DNA of 64,000 bases from Candidatus Woesearchaeota archaeon (GCA_964544395.1 CAZJAO010000001.1:41185-105184); one strand, 5' to 3'; counted from the first letter of the stretch, positions 8,484-17,881 are shown. Numbers and translations are program-made. Notes: generated from the letters alone by a model not told the origin.

Positions 8484-10841
8484 ATGTTTGAATTCAAGAA
8501 ATCAGAGGAAAAATGGAAGAAGTTCTGGGAAGATGAAAAAATCTACAGGTTTAATCCAGAAACCAAAAAGGAGATTTATTCTATAGATACACCTCCTCCA
8601 ACAGTTTCGGGAAGAATGCACATTGGACATGCCTGTTCCTATTCACAACAGGATTTTATTGCCAGATACAAGAGAATGCGCGGCTATGATATTTTCTATC
8701 CTTTTGGAACAGATGACAATGGATTAGCAACAGAAAGAATGATTGAAAAAATCAAAAATGTCAAAGCCAAAGATATGTCCAGAGAGGAGTTCATAAAATT
8801 GTGCCTTGAATTTCTCAAGAAAGAACTTCCAGAATTCATTCAAGATTGGAAAGATATTGGAATAAGCTGCGATTGGAATCTTCGCTATTCAACAATAAAT
8901 GAACATTCAAGACGAATTTCTCAGTGGAGCTTCTTGGACTTGCACAAAAAAGGAAGAATGTATAGAAAAGACGCTCCTGCAATGTGGTGTCCTGAATGCA
9001 GAACAGGAGTTGCTCAAGTGGAAGTTCGTGATAAAGAAATTGATTCACATTTCAATGACATAATTTTCAAAGTTGATGGAAGAGATTTGATAATTTCAAC
9101 AACACGTCCAGAATTGCTGCCGGCCTGTGTAGCAATTTTTTATAATCCTGAAGATATTAGATTCAAGAAATATCATGGGAAAAAAGCCCGTGTTCCTCTG
9201 TTTGATTTTGAAGTCCCAATTATGGAAGACAAAAGAGCAGACCCAAAAAAAGGAACGGGTGTTGTTATGTGCTGCACTTTCGGAGACCAGACAGATATGG
9301 AATGGCAGAAAGCCTACAATCTTCCGATAAAAATTGCCATTGGGAATGATGGAAGAATGACAGAAGTTGCAGGAAAATACAAGAATCTTCCAATAAAAGA
9401 AGCACGAAAAAAAATAATTGAAGACCTCAAAGAAGCCGGACTTCTTGTTTCTCAAAAACAGATAAAGCATTTTGTTAATGTTCATGAGCGTTGTGGCACT
9501 GAAATTGAATTTGTAAAAAGCAAGCAATGGTTCGTCAAATATCTTGATTTAAAAAAAGATTTGCTGAAATGGGGAAATGAGTTAAAATGGTATCCTAATT
9601 TCATGAAAGTAAGGTATGATAATTGGGTAAATGGATTGCAATGGGATTGGCTCGTTTCAAACCAAAGATATTTCGGAATCCCGATTCCAGTTTGGTATTG
9701 CAAAGAATGTGATGAAATAATAATTGCAAAAGAAGGACAATTGCCTGTAAATCCTCTTTCAGACAAGGCTCCCGTAAAACAATGCCCAAAGTGCGGCTCA
9801 AAAGAGATTATTCCTGAAAAAGATGTTCTCAACACATGGTTTACTTCTTCAATGTCACCGCAATTGTCAACCTGGCTCATGCCCGAGAAAGTTCAGAAAA
9901 GATTATTCCCGATGGACCTTCGTCCCCAAGCTCATGAGATTATCAGTTTCTGGCTTTTCAATACCTTGTTGAAATCAAGATTACACTTCGAAAAGAATCC
10001 TTGGAAGAATGCAATGATTTCGGGATATGTAACCATGAAAGGCGAGAAAATGTCAAAATCAAAAGGGAATGTAATAAATCCTAGGGATATAATGGAAAAA
10101 TATGGGAGTGATGCAATAAGATACTGGGCGGCATCATCAAAATTAGGAGAGGATTTTGATTACAATGAAAAGGATGTCCTTACTGGAAAGAAATTTGTTA
10201 CAAAATTGCTGAATGCATCAAACTTTGTTTTCATGAATCTAAAAGATTACAAACCAAAAGTCACAGAATTGGTTGAAACAGACAGAATATTTTTGAGCAA
10301 GTTAAATGAACTAATCGAAAACTCAACAAAGAATTTCGACAATTATGAATACAATCGTGTAAAATCTGATCTGGATAATTTTTTCTGGAAAATATTCTGT
10401 GATAATTACTTAGAGATTGTCAAAGGCAGAATTTACAATGGGAATGAAAAAGAAAAAGCCTCAGCCTGTTTCACTTTGTATCATATTTTGCTTTCACTAT
10501 CAAAAATGTTTTCTCCGATTACTCCTTTCATAACAGAAGAAGTTTATCAGGAGCATTTCAAAAAGAATGAAAAGTTCAAGAGTATTCACATTTCTTCGTG
10601 GCCTGAAAAATTCAAGATTAAAACATCAAAAGATGATGAAATAAAATTGAATTTAATGTTGGAGCTTATCTATCAAGTGCGACAGGAAAAAACAAAGGCA
10701 AATAAGCCAATGAATGCGCCAATAAAACTTGTTGTTGAAGCTCGCAGATTGAAAATAATAAAGGATATGTTAAGCGATTTGAAGAGCGTTACAAATTCTG
10801 GCGATATCCAAGAAGGCGATTTCGAAGTAGCCTTCAATTAG
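8484..10841 (+). CDS. valS: class I aminoacyl-tRNA synthetase with editing domain, most likely valyl-tRNA synthetase
   Basis: HIGH (PPPTVSGRMHIGHACSY) and KMSKS (KMSKSKGN) motifs; zinc knuckles (CPECRTG, CPKCGSKE); 785 aa fits archaeal ValRS; IleRS/LeuRS not fully excluded without alignment. Confidence 0.75.
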   Translation: MFEFKKSEEKWKKFWEDEKIYRFNPETKKEIYSIDTPPPTVSGRMHIGHACSYSQQDFIARYKRMRGYDIFYPFGTDDNGLATERMIEKIKNVKAKDMSREEFIKLCLEFLKKELPEFIQDWKDIGISCDWNLRYSTINEHSRRISQWSFLDLHKKGRMYRKDAPAMWCPECRTGVAQVEVRDKEIDSHFNDIIFKVDGRDLIISTTRPELLPACVAIFYNPEDIRFKKYHGKKARVPLFDFEVPIMEDKRADPKKGTGVVMCCTFGDQTDMEWQKAYNLPIKIAIGNDGRMTEVAGKYKNLPIKEARKKIIEDLKEAGLLVSQKQIKHFVNVHERCGTEIEFVKSKQWFVKYLDLKKDLLKWGNELKWYPNFMKVRYDNWVNGLQWDWLVSNQRYFGIPIPVWYCKECDEIIIAKEGQLPVNPLSDKAPVKQCPKCGSKEIIPEKDVLNTWFTSSMSPQLSTWLMPEKVQKRLFPMDLRPQAHEIISFWLFNTLLKSRLHFEKNPWKNAMISGYVTMKGEKMSKSKGNVINPRDIMEKYGSDAIRYWAASSKLGEDFDYNEKDVLTGKKFVTKLLNASNFVFMNLKDYKPKVTELVETDRIFLSKLNELIENSTKNFDNYEYNRVKSDLDNFFWKIFCDNYLEIVKGRIYNGNEKEKASACFTLYHILLSLSKMFSPITPFITEEVYQEHFKKNEKFKSIHISSWPEKFKIKTSKDDEIKLNLMLELIYQVRQEKTKANKPMNAPIKLVVEARRLKIIKDMLSDLKSVTNSGDIQEGDFEVAFN

Positions 10842-10870
10842 TTTATAAATATTCCAGACATTTTTTTATA

Positions 10871-11956
10871 ATGATATCCACTAAAACACAGGTCACCGAA
10901 TTGTTAGAAGAACTGGAGAAGTATAAAGGAAAGCATACAGAATTAGTTACAGTTTACATTGCTGCAGGCTATGATGTAGTTTCAGTCCAGAAACAGCTTG
11001 AAGGTGAAAAAGCTACTGCGAAGAACATAAAATCGGCAACTACGAGAAAGAATGTTATTGATGCCTTAGAAAAAATAATTAGAGAATTGAAGAATTACCG
11101 TGGTTCTCCAGAAAATGGATTGGCTCTTTTTTGTGGGAATATATCTCCAGTAGAAGGAGTTCCGGATTTGCAATTCTGGGCGCTTGAGCCTCCCCACCCC
11201 CTTAATACAAGATTATACAGATGTGATAAAGAATTTGTTCTAGACCCGTTGAAGCAAATGATTGAAGTGGAAGAGGTTTTCGGGCTTTTAGTCATGGACA
11301 GAAAAGAAGCAACGATTGGTTTGCTTGAAGGAAAATTAATTCAAGTTTTGCAAAAGATGACTTCTGGAATCCCCAGTCAGATTCGTGCTGGAGGACAAAG
11401 TGCGCAAAGATTCCATAGAATAACGGAGGGTTTAACAAAAGAATTCTACAAAAGAATTGCAGATGAAATGCAGAAAATATTTCTTACAATGCCAAAATTA
11501 AAGGGAATTATTGTCGGAGGTCCTGTTCCGACAAAAGACGAATTTATCAATGGAGAATATTTGCCTGTTCAACTTGGAAAGAAAGTTATCGGAAGAATTG
11601 ATTTAGGTGATGCATCTGAATCAGGATTAAATGAACTTGTTGAAAAATCTGGCGAGTTACTTGCACAACAGGAAATCACAAAAGAAAAAGATTTAGTCAA
11701 AGAATATTTCGGTGCATTAAAAGAAACGCACGGAATGGCAGCGGTAGGCTTCCCAGATACAAAAAAAGCATTGGAATATGGCGCAGTCCAGAAAGTTTTC
11801 ATGTCAACAAAAACAGACAAGAATATACAAAAAGAGCTTATGGAAATGGCAGTTAATTCTGGCGCTGAAGTCTCCATAATTTCAACAGAAACAGTAGAAG
11901 GCCAGCAATTCTTTAATATCGGCGGAGTTGGAGCAATCCTAAGGTTTAAAATCTAA
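10871..11956 (+). CDS. prf1: peptide chain release factor aRF1
   Basis: NIKS codon-recognition motif (TAKNIKSATTRK) and GGQ peptidyl-hydrolase motif (AGGQSAQRFHRI); 361 aa. Confidence 0.9.
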   Translation: MISTKTQVTELLEELEKYKGKHTELVTVYIAAGYDVVSVQKQLEGEKATAKNIKSATTRKNVIDALEKIIRELKNYRGSPENGLALFCGNISPVEGVPDLQFWALEPPHPLNTRLYRCDKEFVLDPLKQMIEVEEVFGLLVMDRKEATIGLLEGKLIQVLQKMTSGIPSQIRAGGQSAQRFHRITEGLTKEFYKRIADEMQKIFLTMPKLKGIIVGGPVPTKDEFINGEYLPVQLGKKVIGRIDLGDASESGLNELVEKSGELLAQQEITKEKDLVKEYFGALKETHGMAAVGFPDTKKALEYGAVQKVFMSTKTDKNIQKELMEMAVNSGAEVSIISTETVEGQQFFNIGGVGAILRFKI

Positions 11957-11973
11957 AATATCTCTTCTTAAAC

Positions 11974-12504
11974 ATGAGCATAACAAGCAATACAGCTTCA
12001 GAAATCGACGAGGCAAAAGAAAAGGAATATGTGAAAAGGATTGAAGCAATCTTCTTCATTTCAGGAAGATTTTTGTCCATGCAGGAATTAATTTCCCTTT
12101 CAGACCTAAACCCAATTATCATAAAGGAGCTTATTGACAAACTTAAAGAGAAATACAACAAAGATGATTCGGCTATAGAGATAACCGAGAGAAATGGATT
12201 GTGGAAGATGGATATAAGAAAAGAATTTGGAAATATTGCAAATAGATTAGCTTCAGGCAATTCTGAATTCTCAAAGGCCGAACGTGAAACTCTTGCAATC
12301 ATAGCTTATAAGCAGCCAATAAAACAATCTGTGATAATAAAAATAAGGGGGAACAAGGCTTACGATCATGTAAAAAAATTCATTGAACTGAATCTCGTTA
12401 AAAAAAAGAAGATAGGACATACGAACGAACTTTCTTTGTCAGATGAATTTTATGATTACTTCAATGTCCAGGATTCTAAAGACTTCCTGAGAAAGGAGGA
12501 CTAA
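11974..12504 (+). CDS. scpB: ScpB-like segregation/condensation protein B (winged helix)
   Basis: IEAIFFISGRFLSMQELISL matches the ScpB N-terminal wHTH signature (IEAlLFasgePlsl.eL); 176 aa. Confidence 0.6.
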   Translation: MSITSNTASEIDEAKEKEYVKRIEAIFFISGRFLSMQELISLSDLNPIIIKELIDKLKEKYNKDDSAIEITERNGLWKMDIRKEFGNIANRLASGNSEFSKAERETLAIIAYKQPIKQSVIIKIRGNKAYDHVKKFIELNLVKKKKIGHTNELSLSDEFYDYFNVQDSKDFLRKED

Positions 12505-13743
12505 ATGGTTCAATTTCTGACAGGAGTTTACCTCTTCTATATCTTTTGCTCCCTGTATCTCCTTTTTCTTTATTTGTTATTATACTTGCAAAACAGAAAA
12601 GAATTCTTTGCCTATCCCCCTCCTTCCAAAGAATATTTTCTGGATATGATAATTCCATGTTATAATGCGGAAAAGACAATTGAAAATACTATTAATGCAA
12701 TATTGAAATCCGATTACAAGGGATTGAAAAAAGTAATAGTCGTGGATGATTGCAGCACAGACAATTCTTACAAAATCGTGAAGGAACTTGCAAAGAAAAA
12801 TAATAAAATACTTTTGGTGCAGACCCCTAAAAATACTGGAAAAGCGAGTGGTGCAAAAGACTATGGAGTAAAATTTTCCAAATCAGAATTTATTGGATTT
12901 ACAGATGCAGATTCATTTCCGGGAGAAACATCAATCTCAAAGATGATTGGATTCTTCAATGATGAAAAAGTTGGAGCTGTAACTTCTTCGGTACTGGTTT
13001 TGAATGATGATAATATTCTTGGAAAATTGCAGGCAATAGAATACAGAATTATCGTCTTCACAAGAAAGCTTCTTGGTTTTGTAGATGCTATTTATGTAAC
13101 TCCGGGACCTCTTGCAATATATAGAAAGCAAATTTTCAATGAGATAGGGGGCTTTGATGAAAAAAATCTCACAGAGGATATTGAAATCACATGGAATCTT
13201 GCATCAAAGGGATATATGGTAAGAATGAGTCCTCTTGCTCAAGTCTATACTGAAGCTCCGACAAATCTCAAGTCCTGGCTCAAGCAAAGAATAAGATGGA
13301 ATGTTGGAGGACTTCAAACAATTGGAAAATACAAAAAGTTCCTTTTCAAGAAAGGCATGCTTGGAAACTTCATACTCCCCTTCTTCCTTGTCTCATGGGC
13401 TATCGGACTTTCAGGGCTCTTCATCATGGCTTACAGATTAATTCAGGGGCTGATAGTCAATTTATTATCTACAAGTTACTCTTTGCAGGCGCAGACGGCG
13501 GTATTAAATCTACAGAACATAAATCTTGTTCCGAATATTCTGTTTTTCTTCGGAGTAATCGTTTTAATATTTGGTTTCATATTTACCCTAATTGCTTTGA
13601 AAAAGACAAGATATAATGGAAAATCCAAAAGAGTAAGTCTCCTTAATCTGCTCGAGTATACTTTCCTGTATGTATTAATCTATCCGATAATTTTAATAAT
13701 TTCAATTTATAAGGTTATAACAAGAAAGGAGAATAAATGGTAA
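12505..13743 (+). CDS. membrane glycosyltransferase, GT2 family (processive-type, QxxRW)
   Basis: DDCSTDNS (DxD-type), TDADS, and the QRIRW motif followed by multiple C-terminal TM helices; SD AGGAGG upstream; start overlaps the scpB stop (TAAATG). Confidence 0.8.
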   Translation: MVQFLTGVYLFYIFCSLYLLFLYLLLYLQNRKEFFAYPPPSKEYFLDMIIPCYNAEKTIENTINAILKSDYKGLKKVIVVDDCSTDNSYKIVKELAKKNNKILLVQTPKNTGKASGAKDYGVKFSKSEFIGFTDADSFPGETSISKMIGFFNDEKVGAVTSSVLVLNDDNILGKLQAIEYRIIVFTRKLLGFVDAIYVTPGPLAIYRKQIFNEIGGFDEKNLTEDIEITWNLASKGYMVRMSPLAQVYTEAPTNLKSWLKQRIRWNVGGLQTIGKYKKFLFKKGMLGNFILPFFLVSWAIGLSGLFIMAYRLIQGLIVNLLSTSYSLQAQTAVLNLQNINLVPNILFFFGVIVLIFGFIFTLIALKKTRYNGKSKRVSLLNLLEYTFLYVLIYPIILIISIYKVITRKENKW

Positions 13744-14396
13744 TGTTCGGAAATAAAAAGAATGTTTTCTGGGAAGCGTTTTTAATAGCATGCGTGATTT
13801 TTATTCTAGGACTGTTAATAGGGGTTTTCGTCGAATCTGACCGATTGCAGCAGATTAATGATTATTATTCGCAGGCACAGGTCTCCCTGATGGATTCAAT
13901 GGCGATGAGCAACTCTTTGAGCAATTCCACAAACTGCGCAATCATGATAAATTCAAGCATTAACTTTGCAGACAGCATTTACAATCAAGCTTTGTTGTTG
14001 GAGAAATATGAAGATTCAGGAAAAATCAGCAATAGTATGATAATTGCCCATTCTGAATATGATTTATTGAGAACGGTTTTATGGCAGAATCTCATTACAA
14101 TGAAATCAAAATGTTCCAATCAATTTAATTTCATTATCTATCTTTACCAGTATAATCCGTCAAATTTAAATCAAAAAGCAATGCAGAGTGTGTGGTCCAA
14201 TATCCTAGCTGATATGAAGCAGAAAGAAGGCAATAATGTAATTCTCGTTCCTATTTCCGTCAGCAGCAATTTGTCTTCTCTGAATTTATTGACAAGCAAT
14301 TTCAACATTACAAGTTATCCCGCTGTTGTGATAAATGACAAAACAACCCTCTATAAATTGCAATCTGTCAACGATATTAAGAAGTATTTAGCCTAA
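13737..14396 (+). CDS. hypothetical membrane-anchored protein
   Basis: N-terminal TM helix (AFLIACVIFILGLLIGVFV), remainder Ser/Asn-rich; overlaps the GT2 gene end by 7 nt (operon-like). Confidence 0.4.
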   Translation: MVMFGNKKNVFWEAFLIACVIFILGLLIGVFVESDRLQQINDYYSQAQVSLMDSMAMSNSLSNSTNCAIMINSSINFADSIYNQALLLEKYEDSGKISNSMIIAHSEYDLLRTVLWQNLITMKSKCSNQFNFIIYLYQYNPSNLNQKAMQSVWSNILADMKQKEGNNVILVPISVSSNLSSLNLLTSNFNITSYPAVVINDKTTLYKLQSVNDIKKYLA

Positions 14397-14462
14397 ATCC
14401 GCCGAATTTCAATTATTTTTCAATATAAGAATCTTTAAAAAATAGTTATGAGGTAAATATGT

Positions 14463-15149
14463 ATGGAAAAATGTTTTAGGTGTGGTGCTTCTTCAGAAAA
14501 TACAATTATTTATGATGCAATTTCAAGTGAAGGATTAGTAAGAATCTGTGGTAATTGCAACATTAAAGAAAATCTTCCTGTTCTAAAAAAAGCTGGTGAT
14601 GTGCCTCCCGAAAAGAGGCAGACGGTTTATGAAAGAATGACTCGGATGTCGGGATTTAACCCTAAAGAGAGAGAAATAAGGGAAAGAGAAGAAGAAAGAA
14701 AAAAACAAAATGAAGATATGAAGCAGGTCATGGATAGAAATTTCAGAGAAGAGATCATGACTACAAACATGAAAAAAGAGACCGCAGGGGAATCAAATCT
14801 TGTCAGAAATTTCCACTGGGAAATGATGAAGGCAAGAAGAGCAAAGCATATGAGCCAGAAGCAATTAGCAGAAGCGCTGGGCGAATCTGAATTGGCAATA
14901 AGAATGGCTGAAAGAGGAATGCTTCCTAGGGAAAGAGAGAGACTTGTAAGAAAGATAGAGAATTATCTGCATATAAGGATTTCAAATGTGCCTACTTCAG
15001 AAATAACTATTGATGCCCAGTCACAGGAAGTGCCTGATGAAGTTCCAATTGAAGAAATCAAAAAGAAATTTTCAATAAGAGAACTGCTTGGTTTGAAAAA
15101 AAAGATAAAAGAAAAAGAAGAATCGGAACAGGCAGAGCAATCAGAGTAA
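14463..15149 (+). CDS. MBF1-like transcription cofactor (N-terminal zinc ribbon plus HTH_XRE), with a long charged linker/tail
   Basis: CFRCG...CGNC zinc ribbon at the N-terminus; HTH motif MKARRAKHMSQKQLAEALGESELAIRMAERGML typical of XRE/MBF1; longer (228 aa) than canonical aMBF1. Confidence 0.5.
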   Translation: MEKCFRCGASSENTIIYDAISSEGLVRICGNCNIKENLPVLKKAGDVPPEKRQTVYERMTRMSGFNPKEREIREREEERKKQNEDMKQVMDRNFREEIMTTNMKKETAGESNLVRNFHWEMMKARRAKHMSQKQLAEALGESELAIRMAERGMLPRERERLVRKIENYLHIRISNVPTSEITIDAQSQEVPDEVPIEEIKKKFSIRELLGLKKKIKEKEESEQAEQSE

Positions 15150-15187
15150 TCCATTAAATTTATAAATGAATTTTCTAATTCTTTACT

Positions 15188-15451
15188 ATGGAAATTAATG
15201 TTCTTAAAAGTTCAAAGGATGAAATAGAATTAGAGCTTGATAGCCTGACAATCGCTGAAATTCTAAGAGTTTATTTGAACAGGGATTCATCTGTTACATT
15301 CGCTGCATGGAAAAGAGAACATCCTACAAAAAAGCCTTCTTTGATAATAAAAACAAAAGGCAAGGCTGCAAAAAAGGCAGTTGAAGATGCTGTTTCTGAG
15401 ATTGAAAAAGATTTGGAAAAATTAGGAACAGATTTCAAGAAATTAAAGTAG
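15188..15451 (+). CDS. rpoL: DNA-directed RNA polymerase subunit L (Rpo11)
   Basis: EIELELDSLTIAEILRVYLNRDSSVTFAAWKREHP matches the RpoL/Rpb11 signature (ElEgEdHTLgNlLr...v.fAaYk.eHP); 87 aa. Confidence 0.75.
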   Translation: MEINVLKSSKDEIELELDSLTIAEILRVYLNRDSSVTFAAWKREHPTKKPSLIIKTKGKAAKKAVEDAVSEIEKDLEKLGTDFKKLK

Positions 15452-15487
15452 AGAGTCAAAGTTTCCTTCGCTTAATCTTCCCTTAAG
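15451..15487 (+). repeat. copy C (3' half only) of the conserved intergenic motif, in the sense of rpoL/radB
   Basis: gagagtcaaagtttccttcgcttaatcttcccttaag; shares ~25 nt (gtttccttcgcttaa.tt.ccct.aag) with copies A and B in transcript sense; begins at the rpoL stop and ends ~40 nt upstream of the radB ATG. Confidence 0.55.
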
Positions 15488-15528
15488 ATTACAATAATCC
15501 TTATTAATTCTTTAAGCTATTTTCTGAA

Positions 15529-16254
15529 ATGTCAAAAGAAAGGCTTTCTACAGGAAGTTATGATTTGAACAAGTGGCTATATGGAGGGTATGAAAAAGAT
15601 ATCATAACAATGATTGCAGGTTCTCCTGGAAGCGGAAAAACTAATTTTGCGATATTAGCTGCTTGCAGTCAAGCTAAAAAAGGATGCAAGGTTCTGTTCA
15701 TTGATACAGAAGGCGGATTTAGTGTTGACCGAGTTAAGCAGATCTCAGGAGAAAAATCAGAGGAGATTCTCAATAATATTTTCATTTTAAAGCCTACAAA
15801 CTTCAAGGAGCAGATGGAAGTAATTAACAACCTGAAAACGAAAATAAAAAAAGATTCTATAAGTCTGGTTGTGATTGATGGAATAGCTATGCTCTACAGG
15901 TTGGAGTTGGGAGACAATAGAAAAGACGATGAAGAAGTAAGGAGGATTAACCAAGAAGTTTCAAGGCAGATGAGAGATTTAGCAGAGATTGCAAGAAAAA
16001 TGGAAATCCCTGTAATAATAACAAATCAGGTTTATTCACAATTTCTTTCTGAAGAAGATTTAAGAAAAGGTGTTGAAAAAGAAACTAATATCGTAGGGGG
16101 GGATTTGTTCAAATATTGGAGCAAATGCATAATAAAATTATCCAATGATAACAAAAAAAGAAAGGCAGAATTGGTAAAGCATAGATTCCTTCCTGAAAAA
16201 GAGATATTTTTTGAAATAAGGAATGAAGGAATTTTCAAGAGGGGTTGGATATAA
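15529..16254 (+). CDS. radB: RadB-like RecA-superfamily ATPase
   Basis: Walker A GSPGSGKTNFAILAA, VLFIDTEGGFSVDRV; 241 aa without the RadA N-terminal HhH domain. Confidence 0.75.
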   Translation: MSKERLSTGSYDLNKWLYGGYEKDIITMIAGSPGSGKTNFAILAACSQAKKGCKVLFIDTEGGFSVDRVKQISGEKSEEILNNIFILKPTNFKEQMEVINNLKTKIKKDSISLVVIDGIAMLYRLELGDNRKDDEEVRRINQEVSRQMRDLAEIARKMEIPVIITNQVYSQFLSEEDLRKGVEKETNIVGGDLFKYWSKCIIKLSNDNKKRKAELVKHRFLPEKEIFFEIRNEGIFKRGWI

Positions 16255-17459
16255 TGGACGATATAAAATTTCAGGTTATCAAGAAAATAGCTGAAACTAA
16301 TTTCAAATACAAGGATTTGGGAAATATATCTAAAATAGACTCTACTTCTCCACCCAGCGTTTTCATAGGAAGCAAGCTAAGATATCCGATGGTAAATGTT
16401 GGAATTCTTTCTCCATTAGATAAAGATGAAAATGCTTGGATATATGATAACGAAAAATACTGGGCAAATAATAATTTCCAGATTAATGATGTTCTAAAAT
16501 TGAGAAATAGTTTGCTGAATTCAAGATTCCAGTCAAAAGTTCAGGATTCAAGGTTGAAAAAAAGATTTATCCAAATTGCGCAGGATATTGCTGTAGCTTC
16601 TCGTCCCGTAGATGTTGAGATACAATTAAGAAAAAATCTTAATCTCGGAAAGAATCAGGACAGAGTTGTAACCCCTCATGGAATGCATGCTGGTTTAAAG
16701 CAGGCAAAAATAACAGGCAATGTAAAGATAGATACCAAAGTTGACAAAGTCATGAATGATGAAATCAAAGCATCAGAAGGAATTGAATATCTCTACAAGA
16801 ATGAATTTACAGAATATTCTCTAAGCAAGATCTTAAGTGTTGGTGTTCTCGGATTGCAGAAAGACAAAAGACTTGTTCCAACGAGATGGAGCATTACTGC
16901 CACAGATGACACTTTAGGCAAATATTTGCTGAAAAGTGTAAGAGAATACAAATGGATTGAGAATTATGAACTATTCATGGGAGAATTTTTGGGAAACCAA
17001 TATCTTATCTTATTCTTTCCATCTGAATTTAACTTTGAATTATTTGAATTATATATGCCAAAAAGTTCCTGGAATCCATCAAGTGAAGTTAAAGCATCAA
17101 CAGACTCCGAGACTTATTCGGGGAGAAAAACATATGCATCAAACACCGCCGGAGGATATTATGCAACACGTCTTCCTATTTTGGAATATCTTAATAGAAT
17201 AAAACGTCAAGCTTCTGTATTGGCGATTAGAATTGAAACTCCAACCTACTGGGCAGGTTTGGGAGTTTGGGTCGTTAGAGAGTCTGTAAGGAAGTCTCTC
17301 AATAACGAACATTTTGAATTTGATGACATGAAGAAATTCATAGAAACCTCAAAAATCTTGGGAAACAAGAAATTCAATTTCAATTATACCACAATTATGG
17401 ATAAGAGCAAGTTAATCAAGCAAATCACGACTCAGAAAAATCTGAACCAATGGTTCTAA
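16254..17459 (+). CDS. conserved archaeal protein with C-terminal PCNA-interacting PIP box; possibly Nre-family DNA repair protein
   Basis: C-terminus ...TQKNLNQWF fits the PIP consensus QxxLxxWF and closely matches the FEN-1 C-terminus in this window (KQKNLERWF); placement directly after radB with a 1-nt overlap (TAATG); Nre assignment is from memory of COG1602-like proteins and is unverified; the ORF-track start at 16245 is TTG, the ATG is at 16254. Confidence 0.4.
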   Translation: MDDIKFQVIKKIAETNFKYKDLGNISKIDSTSPPSVFIGSKLRYPMVNVGILSPLDKDENAWIYDNEKYWANNNFQINDVLKLRNSLLNSRFQSKVQDSRLKKRFIQIAQDIAVASRPVDVEIQLRKNLNLGKNQDRVVTPHGMHAGLKQAKITGNVKIDTKVDKVMNDEIKASEGIEYLYKNEFTEYSLSKILSVGVLGLQKDKRLVPTRWSITATDDTLGKYLLKSVREYKWIENYELFMGEFLGNQYLILFFPSEFNFELFELYMPKSSWNPSSEVKASTDSETYSGRKTYASNTAGGYYATRLPILEYLNRIKRQASVLAIRIETPTYWAGLGVWVVRESVRKSLNNEHFEFDDMKKFIETSKILGNKKFNFNYTTIMDKSKLIKQITTQKNLNQWF

Positions 17460-17461
17460 TC

Positions 17462-17518
17462 ACCGCTTTTTTAATACAAAAGTAAAAAATAAAAAATAAA
17501 TGTTTTCAAGGAGATAGT
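17462..17518. terminator. bidirectional oligo-T/oligo-A terminator region between convergent genes
   Basis: gcttttttaa immediately after the + gene stop; on the minus strand ttattttttattttttac after the RRM gene stop; archaeal terminators are oligo-T tracts. Confidence 0.4.
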
Positions 17519-17881
17519 TTAGTATCTGCCTCTGCTGTTATTGTCTCTTCCACCGAAGCTTCTTCTCTGACCGCCGCCAAAACCGCCTTGTCTAGGTCCT
17601 CTGTTTCCAAAGTCTCTTCTAGGTGGTCTTGGTGCATCAGGGTCGAAAGGCTTAGCTTCAGACAACTTCAATTCTCTTCCTTTGAAGTCTTTTCCGTTCA
17701 ATTCAGAAATTGCTTTGTTAGCAGCTTCATCATCCGGAATTGTAACGAAACCAAAACCCTTTGATCTTCCGTTGAATTTATCTTTAATGAGTACAACTTC
17801 TTCAGTTTCAAAACCAGAAAAAAGCTCTTTCAAATCAGACTCTTCAACCGTGAAAGGCAAATTACCTACGTAAATTTTCAT
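17519..17881 (-). CDS. RRM-domain RNA-binding protein with a glycine/arginine-rich tail (bacterial glycine-rich RBP type)
   Basis: RNP-2 (KIYVGNL) and RNP-1 (KGFGFVTI) motifs; C-terminal RGG/GGF repeats; strong SD AGGAGG 7 nt upstream of the ATG. Confidence 0.9.
   Translation of the reverse strand: MKIYVGNLPFTVEESDLKELFSGFETEEVVLIKDKFNGRSKGFGFVTIPDDEAANKAISELNGKDFKGRELKLSEAKPFDPDAPRPPRRDFGNRGPRQGGFGGGQRRSFGGRDNNSRGRY

Noticed and set aside
14770-14785. Fourth copy of the ccgcagg core (gaccgcagggg) inside the MBF1-like gene
   Set aside because: It lies within a coding sequence with no flanking similarity to the A/B/C or hairpin elements; coincidence.
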